DNA from: Camelus dromedarius | Taxonomy: Eukaryota | Assembly: GCF_036321535.1 (NCBI RefSeq) | Contig: NC_087436.1 | Span: 123,010,001-123,074,000, forward strand | Direction of reading: 5' to 3' | DNA length: 64,000 bases | In this document: piece by piece, positions 43,063 through 55,599 of the stretch | How the letters are laid out: each line of letters opens with the position of its first letter | How positions within the stretch are numbered: position 1 is the stretch's first letter | The notes under the pieces: model-generated | The model's input: only the letters and a program-made list of their open reading frames with translations | What the model was told of the DNA's origin: nothing | The model's database searches: none | Position numbers and translations under genes: made by a program

Positions 43063-45335
43063 CGCTGGAGGGTCAGCAGAGGGCCTCTGTCCTCTGTCCC
43101 CAACCTGGGCCCGTGACTCAGGGTGTGTGGAGATCCGCCAGGCCTGGGTCATGGGACCGGTGAGGTCATGGACCCCTCTATCCTGGTGATATGCAAGCTG
43201 CACCCTGCCCAGCCTGGCTGCCGCAAGGTCAACGGGGTGTCTCCGTGGCTTGTAAGGGCAGCTGGGGTCATTGGTTGTGGGGCCTGCTCTGGACTCAGCT
43301 GGGGTCACCTCTGGGGGCCTCTGCGGGGTTGCCGTCAGGACTCAGCTGTGGTCCTCCAGGTCCACCTGCTGGCAGGGGCTGAGGGTGGAGGCTTCAGCAG
43401 GAAGAAGTGGCTTCTCTCTCCTGGCCCCACCCCTCTCCCCTCTGGCATCCACACACAGGTTCTGAGGACACCAGGAGGGCCAGGCTGAGCAAACACTCAA
43501 GACTCTCAGACACCTGGAAACAGGTGACCACTCCCTCCGCAGAGCACCTGTCCCCACACCTGCAGAAGGCCTGGGGCTTCACCCCACCTCACATCAAGGG
43601 TGGGGGTAGAAGGGAAATGTGCCCTGGGGGTCAGCCAGGGTGCTGGTGCACAGGGCTTCCTGCAGCCTAGGTGGGAGTCCTATGTTCTGTCCCCAGACCC
43701 ACCCTTATGAGCGGCCCCACCCCACCCACCTTGCACCTCCTGGCCCAGGTCCAGGTGACAGGAGCCGTCAGGAGGAAGAACGGACAAGACTGAGGCCAGG
43801 TCCCATGGCCCTGGGGTCCGGGGAGGCTGCAGCTCTGAATGTCCTGATGTGGGCCTCCCCCAGGGCCACCAGCGCTGCAGAGCGGAAGGTGCCCCTATCA
43901 CCCCTAGAAAGCAGTGCTGGCCTCTTCCATCCCTTCCCCTCTGCTCGTTCCTGCCCGCCGAGGACCACTTGGCAGGCCACTGTGGGGCCCAGGTGGGCCT
44001 AGAGATGGTCAATGAGGGATAGGAGCTGGGAGCCAAGGTGCCCAGCGGATTGGGGGAAACAGGCACGTTTCCAGAGTTCAGGCTGCGTGTCCTGGTTGGG
44101 CAACGTGGGGAATGGTCTCCAGGGGTCTCTAGGATCTGCCCCCTTCCACTTTCAGGCCCAGCGAGTCCTGATGACTCAGCTGGGAGAAGACTGTGAAAGT
44201 TTATGCAGTGAACACCAGGGGTGTCCACCCACCCACCAGGATAGTGGAGACCCTGACCCCTGCCCCGCTGCGGGCCCCCTCCCCCAAGCCCTGCCCACAG
44301 CACTGGTGTGCAGTGACTTCAGGGCCCGGTCTTCCCACCTCGGGTGGGGCGGCAGGACAGGAGTCTGAGCTGCCGACCTTGCAGCGACCCGGCTCTCCTC
44401 GCTGCGCGGCATCCACCCGCAGAGGAAATCCCGGGGGCCTGGGGAGGGGGCGGCCGCGGCGGGGGCGGGGCTGCAGGGACACCGGGCGAAACGGCCGGTC
44501 CGCAGTAACCTTCGCGCGTCCCTGCCCGGCGTGAGGCCGTTGGTCGAGAGGTAGGGGTCGCGCCACCTCTGTCCCACTGAAATGAAACGGCGTGGCCCTT
44601 TCTCTGCAAACCTATTCGCAGAAAAATAGGTCCTGGCCGGTCTGCGGGCAGCTCTCCGCCAAGGGTCAGATGGATTTTCAGGAGTATGGGGGCTCCCTTC
44701 TCCCGCCCAGAGGTGCGGGAGGCCCGAGAGCAGCGGGGGTCGGGGACCCGGACAGCGCTCAGGGGCACTTGGCCTGGTCGGGACTGCAGTCATAGCCCCT
44801 GCTGGGGACCCTCTTCCCGCGCGCTCCCGGGCAGCGTGGAAGGCGGAGGGGAGCTGGGACACCCAACCCCCGCCCCCTCCCCGCGGCCGGAATAGAAAGG
44901 ACTTCTCCCACTGGGGTTGCGCACGTTATCTGTCCCGCACGCTGGGTGCCCCGCACGGGTGGAAGCGGACGGGAGTGCAGGACCTGGTCTGGGGGGAGGG
45001 GGAGGGGGAGGCCCCACCCCCCGCCAGGGTCCACACAGAGGAGACCGGCTGGTGGTGGTTGGGGGCAGTCAGCCCATCTGGGATTCCGAACTGACGGGTG
45101 GGCCAGGGTCGTGCGCGCCGACTCGGAGAGCTCGCGCCCCAGGATTCCACCCTTTATCGAATTCGGCCGGGAGGCAGGGTTTTGGAGGGGAGAGTGGGGC
45201 ACGACTCCGCCTCTCCCGCCCCCGCCCCCCGCCGGCGCCCGCCCCGCCGCCGCGGCCCCGCCCTCCTCGTCATGCTCGGACGCGGGCGGGGGGCGGGGAG
45301 TGTCTACATGTGACGCGCCCTCCTCGCGGTGCCCT

Positions 45336-45442
45336 TCAGCTGCCGCCGCAGTTCCCGGGGCGCCACATGGACCCGGCCGGCCCGAGCGCGCTCTGCCGCT
45401 GACCGCCCGCCCGTCCGACGCCCGCGCCCCGGCCCCAGGAAG
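45336..45442 (+). other. CPLX1: CPLX1 non-coding exon 1 (5' end uncertain)
   Basis: Strong donor GAAG|gtaacc at 45442/45443 within the CpG island, just downstream of the GC boxes. CPLX1 is known to have a non-coding first exon. Confidence 0.7.
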
Positions 45443-45597
45443 GTAACCAGGGCCCCTGTCGCAGCCCCCTCCCTGACCCCAGCTGCCCCCTCCCGGGCCC
45501 CAGCTGCCGCCTCCCTGGCTCTGCGGGCTCTGCGGCCCCTTCCCGGCCAGGGCTTGGCGCGCGCTCCGCCCCGGTGCCCCATCCTGGGCCCCTGGCT

Positions 45598-45624
45598 GGC
45601 GCTGTCCACTGGCGCGGTGCTGAA
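45598..45624 (-). promoter_or_regulatory. Non-canonical (8-nt spacer) RE1/NRSE REST-binding element
   Basis: Minus strand reads TTCAGCACC-gcgccagt-GGACAGCGCC; both RE1 half-sites are perfect. Confidence 0.8.
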
Positions 45625-46809
45625 ACGGCCCCACAGTCCTGGCTGACGCCCTCGCTCTTTCTTACTCCTTTTCCGAGTCTCATGTCTCTCGCGTCTCCCT
45701 TTCTCCTCCCTCGTCCTCTGTCTCTCTCTCTCTCTCCTGGCGCGCTCCCGCCTGAGGGCCCCTTGGCAGAGCCGGGCAACTCGCCTGCCCATGAAGCCAA
45801 GGGGTGGGGCGGCAGCAGGAACCCCTAGCCGCGCAGGGCGGCGATGAGAGCACTGGGGGAGCTCCAACAGCGCCCCGACCGCTCTGCTGCTGGGCTCTGC
45901 GGCTGCCTCCCTGTTAGGAGCCAGGGGAGAAGTTTGGAAGAGAATCTGCTTTGCGGCAAAGGCGTCCCTGTGCCCCAGCGCTTTGTCAGAAGATGGGGGA
46001 GTCCCGCCCCCACTCCCAGGTCTCCCTAGTCCACACACACGCAGATTTCCTTATTTCCTTCATTTGAAGAGGAAAAACACATAAAACAGTGGCTCTCCAG
46101 CGACCTGGGTTTCCCTGCCAAGAGAGCCCTCACCAGAGGTAGTGGAGGAGGGGAACACTGCAGCTGCTGATTTTACAAGAAGCACCTCCCCACCAGATTT
46201 CCAGCTGGTCTGGACCCTAGAGAGCCCCACCCTTGCAGATGCAGGTGGAGCGGTGGTATGCCCCCCCCCCATTTCATTGGTTCCCTGAAGGCTGGGCCCC
46301 TGCAGCTTCTCCCTCCACCCGTCTCTGCAGCAGTGCTGGCCTCCCCCCTGGAGGGAACCTGGTTTCCCGAGACTCCTCCATCAGAAGCCAAAGGGAGCAC
46401 CCAATCGGGTCCCACCCGCACTAACCCTTCCCATCCTTTAGATGGGTCCCCGCCTCTGTGGCCCAGGGCTCCACCAAGGAGACAGCAGAGCCAGTCACCT
46501 CCACATGCCCCTGGGCTTGCCCCCACTTCATGCAGTCTGGCTCTTCTGAGCTGCACACCCCTTTCCCTGCAGTAGCAGCTGGAAGCCAGCTTCAGAAACC
46601 CCAGGGGCTAGCTGAGAACTTTTTGCAGGACCCTCCCAAACCCTCCCAGGTACCTGTCCCAGTGTTGGTGTCTGGACTCCAGGTGTGAGGGGGAACCACG
46701 AATGAGGCTCTCTCCGACACCAGACCCACGGCCAGGGGAAGCTGGGTGGGGACAAGGAAGAAGCCTTCCCCAGCGTAGTCGGGTGACCTGTGACCACGTC
46801 TTCCCCCAG

Positions 46810-46884
46810 GCAGAGGACTCCTGGCCACACTCACATGTGAGCTACGACTCGCTGAGGACCAGCTGAGGACTCAAAGCCATCGCC
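46810..46884 (+). other. CPLX1: CPLX1 exon 2, 5' UTR portion
   Basis: Acceptor tcttcccccag| at 46809, directly upstream of the CPLX1 ATG. Confidence 0.8.
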
Positions 46885-46915
46885 ATGGAGTTCGTGATGA
46901 AACAGGCCCTGGGAG
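46885..46915 (+). CDS. CPLX1: Complexin-1, first coding exon (3'-partial gene; later exons are beyond the window)
   Basis: gccATGG Kozak context; MEFVMKQALG+G, then |gtaggg (31 nt). The N-terminus is the CPLX1 type (CPLX2 starts MDF) and the position matches conserved GAK-CPLX1 synteny. Confidence 0.95.
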
Positions 46916-49900
46916 GTAGGGGGCGTACGCTGCACACCCAGGGGCACTTGAACACAGGGGGTCATGTGTAGCACGTGGTCACCTCAGACCTCACCACACA
47001 AGCCCTGCAAAGCACACCTCAGGCTCCTTCTGGAAAGTCAGGGGACAAAGTCAGCACCTCCTGTATCACCTTGGCCAGCTTGGGGTTGTGGGATGCATGC
47101 TGGTGTGCTGCGGTCCAGCGAAGCCCAGCAGAGCACCTCCTCTCAGCCTTGCAGGACACCCCAGGGTGGGTTTGGGAGGCACCAGGGGCCTATCTAACTG
47201 GCCAGATCTGGTAGCACCCATGGGCGTCTTGCTTCTGGTAAGCAGAGCTGCTGGAGGCCGCAGGGTGGCCACGGCAGCTGGAGTGGGAGTGAGGAGCTGG
47301 GCTGGACCTCGGCATCCACCAAGGACTTCGCAGTGTTGCTGGAGAGGGGGTGGCAGCGTGCACAGGGAGCCCGGGCTGGCTGAACACAGGGACAGGAGAG
47401 AGACACTGGGTAGCTCGTGTGAGCTCAGCCCCAGCATGGAGGCAGGGCAGCTCTGATTTGTGCTTTGAGGGAGGAGACCACCCCCCTCCAACCCTGCTGA
47501 CTGCTTTTGAAGGGAATCCTGAGCCTACCTGGCTCAAGGCCATGATCATGGCCAGAGACCCTGGACCAGGAGGTGGGTGGGGCAGTGGGCTGAGGTCCTT
47601 ATGGCACAGACACATCCTGGCAAATCAGTCTGCTCAGCCCAGGCCCATGGGGCCCACCCTGCACACCTCAGCTGCCGGGTGCAGTGCAAGCTCCCGGGGC
47701 TCCTGGTGGTGGGCGCCTGTGACTGGGGCCTGACTCTGCCATTGGAGATGGCTCCCTTGTGTGACAGCACCTCCCTTGGACCACACGTGGCCTCCAAGGG
47801 CCACACCCTGACCTGATGCCATTCGCAGACTGAGTCAGGTGACGCCCAGCGAGGCCACCTCTTGGCAGGAGTGACTGGGTGCCTTTCACCAGAGGTGGGG
47901 AGTGGTGGGGTCTGTTGTGCTAGAAACGGGGGCAAGACAGAGGGGCCTGTGCCACCGTGCCCAGGACGGGCATCGCCCATGTGGGCTGGTCTCCTGCAGA
48001 GTGACTGCATTTCCATTTAACACAAATTAAATGGAAAGATGTTTGGGCCTGGCCCGGGGCCATGTTTCCTGAGATTCTGTGGTCAAGGATAGGCTGCAGG
48101 TTGAGTCTAATTATAATGATTACGTCACCAGGACGTGATTCAGGGACAAGCAGCATCCTGGCTCTGGGAGGGATCCAGATTCCACCCAGCCAGTCCCAGG
48201 CTGCACAGATAATTAATTAGGTGGCTAATTCAGGCCCCGAGGTGGGCTTGTAAGAAAACTGAAATATCTGATTTGGCTGTCTACGTGGCTGAAATTAGCT
48301 GGGTAATTGCCAGCCTGGATTCCCTTTGTTCCGTGTCAACCCAAAGTTTCTCCTGTGGCGGCGATGGGGCAGGCTTCACCAGAGACGTGGGTGCCAAGAG
48401 GAGGCATCTGGAGGCCCCCCGAGCACCCTCTGGGCAGCAGCCACTCCTGAGGGCCCCAGGCCCAGCGTTGCCTGCCCCCGTTCACGTGCCAGTGCGGCTG
48501 GGCCAGCGTGTGTGACCTCCGGGTGAGACCTTACTTCCTGTTCCCGTATTTTTGCGCCCTGCGGTGAGTGTCTTCTTGGTCTCTCAGGATGAGTGTGGGT
48601 GAGAGGGAGACAGGCAGAGACCAAGAGAAGATTCTGAGAGAGACAGACCAGAGCCCCAGACCCAGGCCTGGCAAACTCTGGAAGCCATCTAGAAATAGGT
48701 TAACCCAGAGAAGATGCAGTGGGTAAACAGCCCAAGAGAAAGATGACCAAAAATGCCTCAGACACTGGAGACAGAGAGGGATGTGGGGAAACTGGGCAGG
48801 AGGGAGAGGGGAGGGATGGGGGGCCAGGCTGTCTAGAAGTCAGGCAGAGAAGGCGACTGGGGAGACAGAGGCTCTGAGCAGAATGGCCGGAGAAAGATAT
48901 CATGGAAAAGACAGGGTGGCTGGGATGGAGACCAGGGAACCCAAGGAAACAGGTCAAGAAGTCTAAGTGTAGGATACATGGACAGAGGGGGACAGACAGA
49001 GAGACACACACTAAGAAACAGACTCATCCCCCCACACCCTCACGGGCGCAGATGCGCACACTCAGAGAAGGACTCACAGCAGAAGCCAGGGAAGTGCAGG
49101 CCCTTGTGGTGCTGGGGACGAGACTCCATGTGGCCTCGTTAAGTTGTGGCATCTGAGGCTGTCGTCCCCAGCTCGCTGGCTGCAGTGGCACATCCTCTCC
49201 CGAGAACACACTTCCCAGAGCCTTGTCGTCTCTCCTGACCCTGCATCTCAGCAAGGCCTTTGTTGGGGCAGAGGCTTTGAGGTGACTACGTGGAGGGGAC
49301 AGCAGCTGCAGGACTCAGGAGTCCCACAGACAGACAGACAGACAGACAGATGGGGTGCGCACAGCTCCCTACACGCAAGGGTGTGTCTGCTCAGCCTTGT
49401 CCACTCCGGACTCTTGGGAGGAGCTCAGTCTGGAACCTGCTGGGCCTCAGACAGGTGCCTGCCGCCCCGCCCAGGGCCCTCAAGCTCTGAGCGTTTCTCA
49501 GGAAGGGCTGACCAGGCTTCTCCGCGGCCCACAGGCCTCTCCCGCCCTCAGTCATCTGGTATCTGCCCTGCTGCACACACCACTTATCCGCCTGCTCTGG
49601 GTACCCACCCCAAGGCCAGCCTGGGCCCCGAGAGGCGGCAGCCTGTGGCACTGTGGGACGGGTAGGGTATCACCTGGAGTTCAGGGAGGGCCAGCTCACA
49701 CTCTGATGGCCCTGACGTCCCAGGCGAGCCTGGGCCTTTCCCACAGTCCTCTGTAGACGCTCGCCTGCCCTGGCTCTGCAGCCCAGCCCCCTGGGGGACC
49801 CCGTGCCCGGGAGGGCAGGCTGGGACCATGGACACAGGAGCTGGCACATTACCTGTCCTGCCCTGCCACATCCCAGCAAGGCCAGTGGCACCAAACCATG

Positions 49901-51899
49901 ACTTCACTCAGACTCCTGGTGCTGAGATGTCTCTCTGAGGGCAGGCGGGCAGCCATGGACCACGAGGAAGGGACAGCGCTCCAGGGCCCCTCCCCTTGAG
50001 ATGGAAGGCTGCCCAGATACTCCAGCCTCTGGGTCCCTGGAGTGGATGCTGACTGGCTCTGCACAGCAGCCATCTCTCTCCTGTGACATGGCCGGAGGGG
50101 GACCAGGTGGGGCCCACGGGAGCCCCCACCCTTGGGACCTGAGTTCTCCGAGGGCTGATAGGGGCACCCCCAGGACACAGCTCTGCTGGGGTCCTCCCAG
50201 AGACCAGGGAGCTGTGGGCACGCAGGGTGGGCCAGAGAGGTTGCTTCTGGGCCAGGCCGTCAAGGAAAGTGGCCGGCTGTTGGCAGACTTGCTCTCACAA
50301 GAGAATGTCCTGGAGGCCTTTACAGGTCTTGGCCCCCTGGAGAACCATCAAGACACCCCAGATTTGAATTAGCCAACACTCAGTCCCCGAGAGAGTTTGG
50401 TGTGGTGGCCTGGGAACTTGTCTGCGGCAACGCGGCTCTGAACCGGGGCCAGGCGCTCCGGCCACATCTGCCTGGATCTGGGACTCAGGGTCCTCAAGGG
50501 CATGATTTGAAGAAACTGTTTTCCCCCGAGGCCAGGAAGTGGCACACGGCCCGGGAGCTGTATTTACATTGTGGCCAGGAGCCGGCAGTTGTCAGGGCTG
50601 TGTCGTGGCCACAGGCTCTCCTCAGGCTGAAGCAGGAGCATCGGGGCTATTACGACCTTGTTGAGGCTGGCTGTCCCACCGTCTGCCTCTGCGTGACATG
50701 TTCCGTGTCTGGAATGTGTGTAGGTCCTCGGGGCCAGTGAGCGGGCGGGGAGGAGGGGTGTCTGAGGTGGGCTCCCAGGACGAGCACGGGGACTGGGGCA
50801 CAGGCCCGGGGCCCCAGGGGCTGGTAGGGGCTTGGAGGGCGGTGGGAGGGTCCCGGGACCTCAGGACTCAGCCGAAGGGGGTCTTCCTGCCAAGCTCAGT
50901 TGTTCCCTGGCCATCCGGCTGCTCGGTCGATGTGAATGTGTCCTGGCAGAGTGGCCCCAGGCCCATCCTGCAGATAGGGAGGCTGGTCTGGACTCAGAGG
51001 GCCTGGGGGCCTGAGCCTGGCATGTGGGGAGGGCAAGGGCGTGAACAGCCACTGTCCTGAGGCCAGCACGTTCTCACGGGAGGGAGCGCAGCCTCCCTAG
51101 CCCAGGCTGCAGGTGGGTGGGAGGCAGGGGAACCCAGGCCTTGGTGGAAGGAGGCGAAGGGAGACCCTGGGGGTGGGGCCTCCACACCCCGTGGGGCATA
51201 GGCTGTGCACTCTCGGCAGAGACCCCTCGGGGGTCTCGTGAGGACCAGTCCCCAGACGTGGAGGCCACAGGGACCAGACCCAGGAGGAGGGAGGGCAGCG
51301 CCCACCTCGGGGCCCACAGGAGGCAGGTGGGGCCAGGTGGGCAGAGTCCCTCTGTGAGTCGGGAGCCCTGGGCAGGGAAGCTCCTCCGACAGTGCCGGCC
51401 CCTCCCCCACCTCCAGCACTGCCAGGGCCTTGCAGGGGACGTCCCTCTTTGTCTGGTACCTGCTTCTGTGAAGCCCGAGGGACCTTTCTCCCTGCTGCTG
51501 GCCCCACCACACACGCTGAGGCCTGTGTGTCTGCGGCTGCGCTGGGCTCCTGAGCTCAGACGTGACCCTTCCCCAGTCCCTGCCTCCTCTCGCCTCCTAG
51601 GACCTCAAGGCCGCGGAGGCAATCCTGTCCTGACCCCCAGTGTCCACTCCGAGACTCTACACTAAGGGCCAGGCTTCCCGATCCTGTCCCAAACCCAGGT
51701 CCTGAGGGCAAGGCTGGTCCCACAAGCTTCACTGCCCTGTCTGTCTATTTTGGGGTTCACTCTGTTTATCAGGGGCCTCCCGCGTGTCCGGGTCTTCCCT
51801 GCTGTGACACTGACCGGGGAGGCCAGGTTCTCTGGCATCTGGGAGGATGAGCATCACAGGCTGAGCTGGACTGCAGAGGAAGGAGCAGATCGGTTAGAG

Positions 51900-52245
51900 A
51901 AACTCTAGAATTATGCACTGGGGAAGATGCTTTTGACTCAAATTGCAGGGAACCAAACAGAGTGGCTTGACTCAGTTTGTTTCTCTCACATGTGGAGGTA
52001 TCAGGAGGTGGCTCAGTTGCTCAGCAGTGCCAGCAGGGACTGGCTTCACCCTTCATTGTACCACTGTCATCCTAGTGGAGTTTTCAGCTTGCTCCTCCCT
52101 GTCACGAAGTGGCTGCTGCTGCTCCAGCCTCACGTCCACAGTAAGGGCAGGAAAAAAGAGACATCCACTTGGCAAACGTGTCTATGGAAACTTGTGAAGG
52201 GTTTCTGTGGATGTGTCATGGGCAAGAGGGTCTGGGAAGGTGAGG
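51900..52245. mobile_element. MaLR LTR remnant (MLT1J/K-like)
   Basis: aaccaaacagagtggcttga...tttctctcacatg...aagtggctgctgctgctccagcctcacgtccac...aagagggtctgggaaggtgag. Confidence 0.55.
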
Positions 52246-55200
52246 ACCAAGTGGGCACTTCACCCTCCAAACAAGAGGATGGGTGATGGCCAGGCAAATG
52301 CAAGAGCCCCAGACCACAAGCCCTCAGAGAGCAGAGGTGCCTCCTTCTCCCCAGCTCTTTCTTGAGAGCCAGGTTCCTCCAAGGCTGCCAGCAAATACTT
52401 GATAGTGAAATACCAATATTCATTCAGAAGGGGCTTCCCAAATGCCGTGCTGCATCGAGAAGGCGTTAAGTTACCTTACAGGGCTCAGGAGAGACACCAC
52501 TTATCCACACCCACCCCCGCCAATCTCTTAGAGTCTGGAAGACACTTCAGAGAAACTGCCTTTTCCCCCGAGACCCTGGAGGACAGGCCTTCACTCAGGA
52601 GAGGGTGCTCCCGGCTGGTTACGCTGCAGCTACGTTATAAACGCTGTCACCCGACGGGGGAATAAAAGGCACGTAACGCACTTCAACTGATAAAGTCGTT
52701 TGTTTTCTGCCTCATTGGCAAGAAGTTCCGGTTGGGATGACAGCATCTGTTTCAGTCGCTCCTGTTCTGCCCTCATCGCAGCCTCTGGGCTGGCTCTGGG
52801 CCGAGTGCGTTTATGGCTGGGAATTAATGAAAACCCCAGAACCAGCTCAAGCCCAGGCAGGCCCTGAAGTCAGCAAGTCCCAGAGACCGCGGCCTGTAAG
52901 CCCAGATCAGGTGAGGGCAGCACCCACTGGGTGCCCACAGTGCCGAGAGGCCCCTCCCCAGGGCTCGTGCTCTGCCTGGGCAGAGAGCAGGGTCCTGAGA
53001 TTTCTGCTGTTGGTAGCCAGAGCGCCCGATTCTGTCTAGGGGCTGGGGGCTCTGGCTGGGGAGCTCAGGCTGGGGTCTCTCCAGACCCTCCTCCTGGCCT
53101 GCCTGTGCTTGGCCTCTGAGGGTACTGGGAGCTGAGGGTCCCGAGTGCAGGTGCTGGGTGCCGAGTGCTACCTGTTGAGTGCTGGGTGCGAGGTGCAGAC
53201 TGACACTGAGAGGGCTGAGGACGCCGGGGGCCAGGCAGCAGGCTGGAGCAGCTCTGGCAGAGCCCACAGGCAGGCTGGTGCCCCGGGCTATGCCACGTGG
53301 TGCTAGCGCTGCTCCTAATGTTTCCTTGGGAAAGCCGGGCCTCTGCCCGGGGGAGATGTCAGGCCCCTGTGCTGAGCTTCGCTTCCCGGGCCGGGAGGTG
53401 GGCTCAGCTGAAGCAGGGTGCCGTCCACTGCCTTCACCTCAGGCCTCCACCCTCCGGCCCACAGTGGCCGAAGGACTGGCAGGAAAGGCACAGCTGGGGG
53501 CCTCCTGGGGGAGGGAGAGGCAAGAAGTGCAGGTGTCGCGTGTAGGCAGCAGGAGGAGGGACCGGTGAGGACGGAGGGTGAGGCGTGGGGTCCCCAGCAG
53601 CTGCTGGCCTCAGGCCCTCGAGGGTCCTGGGGGCCGCGGGGACCTTGTGGCACTTAGCTTTCCTTCAGAAGGAAGGTTCTGGGAAGGTGGACTGCTTCAC
53701 ACCTGGTCTGCGGGGTGGGCACAGCCCCCATCCTTCTGTCCTTCCATCACGCCAAGCAGATGCCCTGCTAGCGGAGCCTGCCCTGCCCCGGTGAAGTCAG
53801 CAGGGGGAGGCGTCCCTGACACTCACTGAGGCCCCGACAGGAACATCTCAGTGTCCCCCACGTGCGCTGGGGGCAGCGTCTGCAGACGGACAGGCGGCCA
53901 GTGAGCAGCGGGACAGGATGACAGCTGGCCCCCAAGCCGGTGGCCGCGCCGTCTGTCCTGGAGCTTGGCTCCGTTCGGCCTCACTAGTTGGCGTTTTGTC
54001 TCGCCTCTGCCTCCGTACGTCCTCCCCTGAAGCCAAGAGCAGACGCTCTCGGCCTGGTGCCCGCCTCCGCAGTCAGGGCCAGTGGCGCCCAGGGACCCTC
54101 CCCGCGGGCACCGAGCACCGGATCCGTGATCTGTGCGTGGCAGGGGCAGATGCCCAGATGCCTGAGAAAGGTCTGCAGGGCCAGCGAAGGAGCGGGCGGG
54201 AGGGCAGGGGTGCTGTCGGCACTGAGCCGGAGGAGCGGTGCTTCTGTGCCAGAAGGTGAGGGACACACTGGGAGTGAGGGCCATGTCCCTGAGGCAGGCT
54301 CAGGTCCGGGGCTGGCAGGACCAGGAGGCAGGGACTTTCTGGGTGACCCTCCAGCCAGTCCCTGGCCATGCCCCTCAGTCAGCCTCGGAGTCAAGGCCAC
54401 CAGAAGCAGGGCCTGGAGCACGGTGGCCAGCAGGTGAGACCGGGCCACATGCCTGTGCCTCCCCTCCCTTGGGGCCCCAGGCTGGGTTCCAGCACTGGCG
54501 GGGTGTGGGCTGTCTGCCAGCAAGGACGATACGGCACTTTCCCAGTACCAGTCCCTCCTGACCTGGGCTGGGGCTGGGGCTGGACAGGGTGTGGGAAGCC
54601 CGGGACGGTGGCTGATGGCCGGGGCAGGTTTTGCGGCTCCTTGGAAGCTGCTTTGTTCCTTGGGCCAGGGTGGCCCAGGTGCGTGGTGCCTGCAGCACCC
54701 CCTCAGGGCCCGGCGCCCTCCAGCGGGGCAGCCAGTGGGTGTCTTCCAAGGGGACTTGGCTTTACATCTCACTTTGCAAGAATAGTCACAGCTAACATAC
54801 CTGCTGTGGCTTCTGTCATCTGAACTGTCACCTTTTTAAAGTGCTCTGGCAAAGTTTCGCTTACTCTGTCCTAATACGTGGACTACATTTTCTTTTTAAA
54901 CCCTTCTGCAGTGTTGTGGAACCCATATGCCCTTTAAAAGCATTACTTAAGCCCTAATTGCCACGGTTACGAGCGACACTGTGTTTTGAGCTCTTGCCGA
55001 AGTCTTTCCAGGAGCTCTGGGTGCTTTTCTGTCTTTCTCCCCCACCCCTCTCCTCGGCCCTTGTGATTTAGAGCTAGAGGACTGGTGGCAGTCTGTTTTC
55101 TTAATACGTAGAAAACATTTCTATCTTTGCATTCAATTTTATCAGAGGTATATACCCATGTTTATTCTTCAGCATAAAAGTGGGTTTTTTTCCCCATCGT

Positions 55201-55599
55201 TAAAGTAACAGGTGTTCATTGTAGGGAATTGAAATAACACAGAAAAGGATAAAGAAGTGATGTGGAGAACTGAGCCACTGCACTGCTTTCCAGCTCATCC
55301 ATTAGAATCACACATTACTTTATTTGAAAATACTTTTTCAAAGACAGAGGCCTTCAGGTCCAGTTCCAGTTTTAAAAGACTCAGCAAAGTCCTTTTCATG
55401 TCGGTGTGTTAGCACCAGTCCCAGGAGCCAGCTGGCGAGGCGTCAGCGCGGTCGGTGCTGGGACGGTGTCGTTTCCAACGACAGCTCTCTGCACCGTGCA
55501 TGTTTCGGGGACGCCTCTGTCTGCAGTGCAGACAGACGTGGGCAGAGACTCGCCCTGCGGGTGGTGAGCATCACTACAGACTGAGCCCCGGTTCCAGGA

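Larger units (their letters stand above)
44370..45960. promoter_or_regulatory. CpG island / CPLX1 promoter
   Basis: Very dense CpG. GC boxes and EGR-type CGCCCCCGC repeats at ~45215-45298, TGACG half-CRE at 45311, no TATA box. Boundaries are approximate. Confidence 0.85.

Noticed and set aside
44759..46038. Overlapping 150-290 aa ORFs across the CpG island
   Set aside because: Typical CpG-island artefact.
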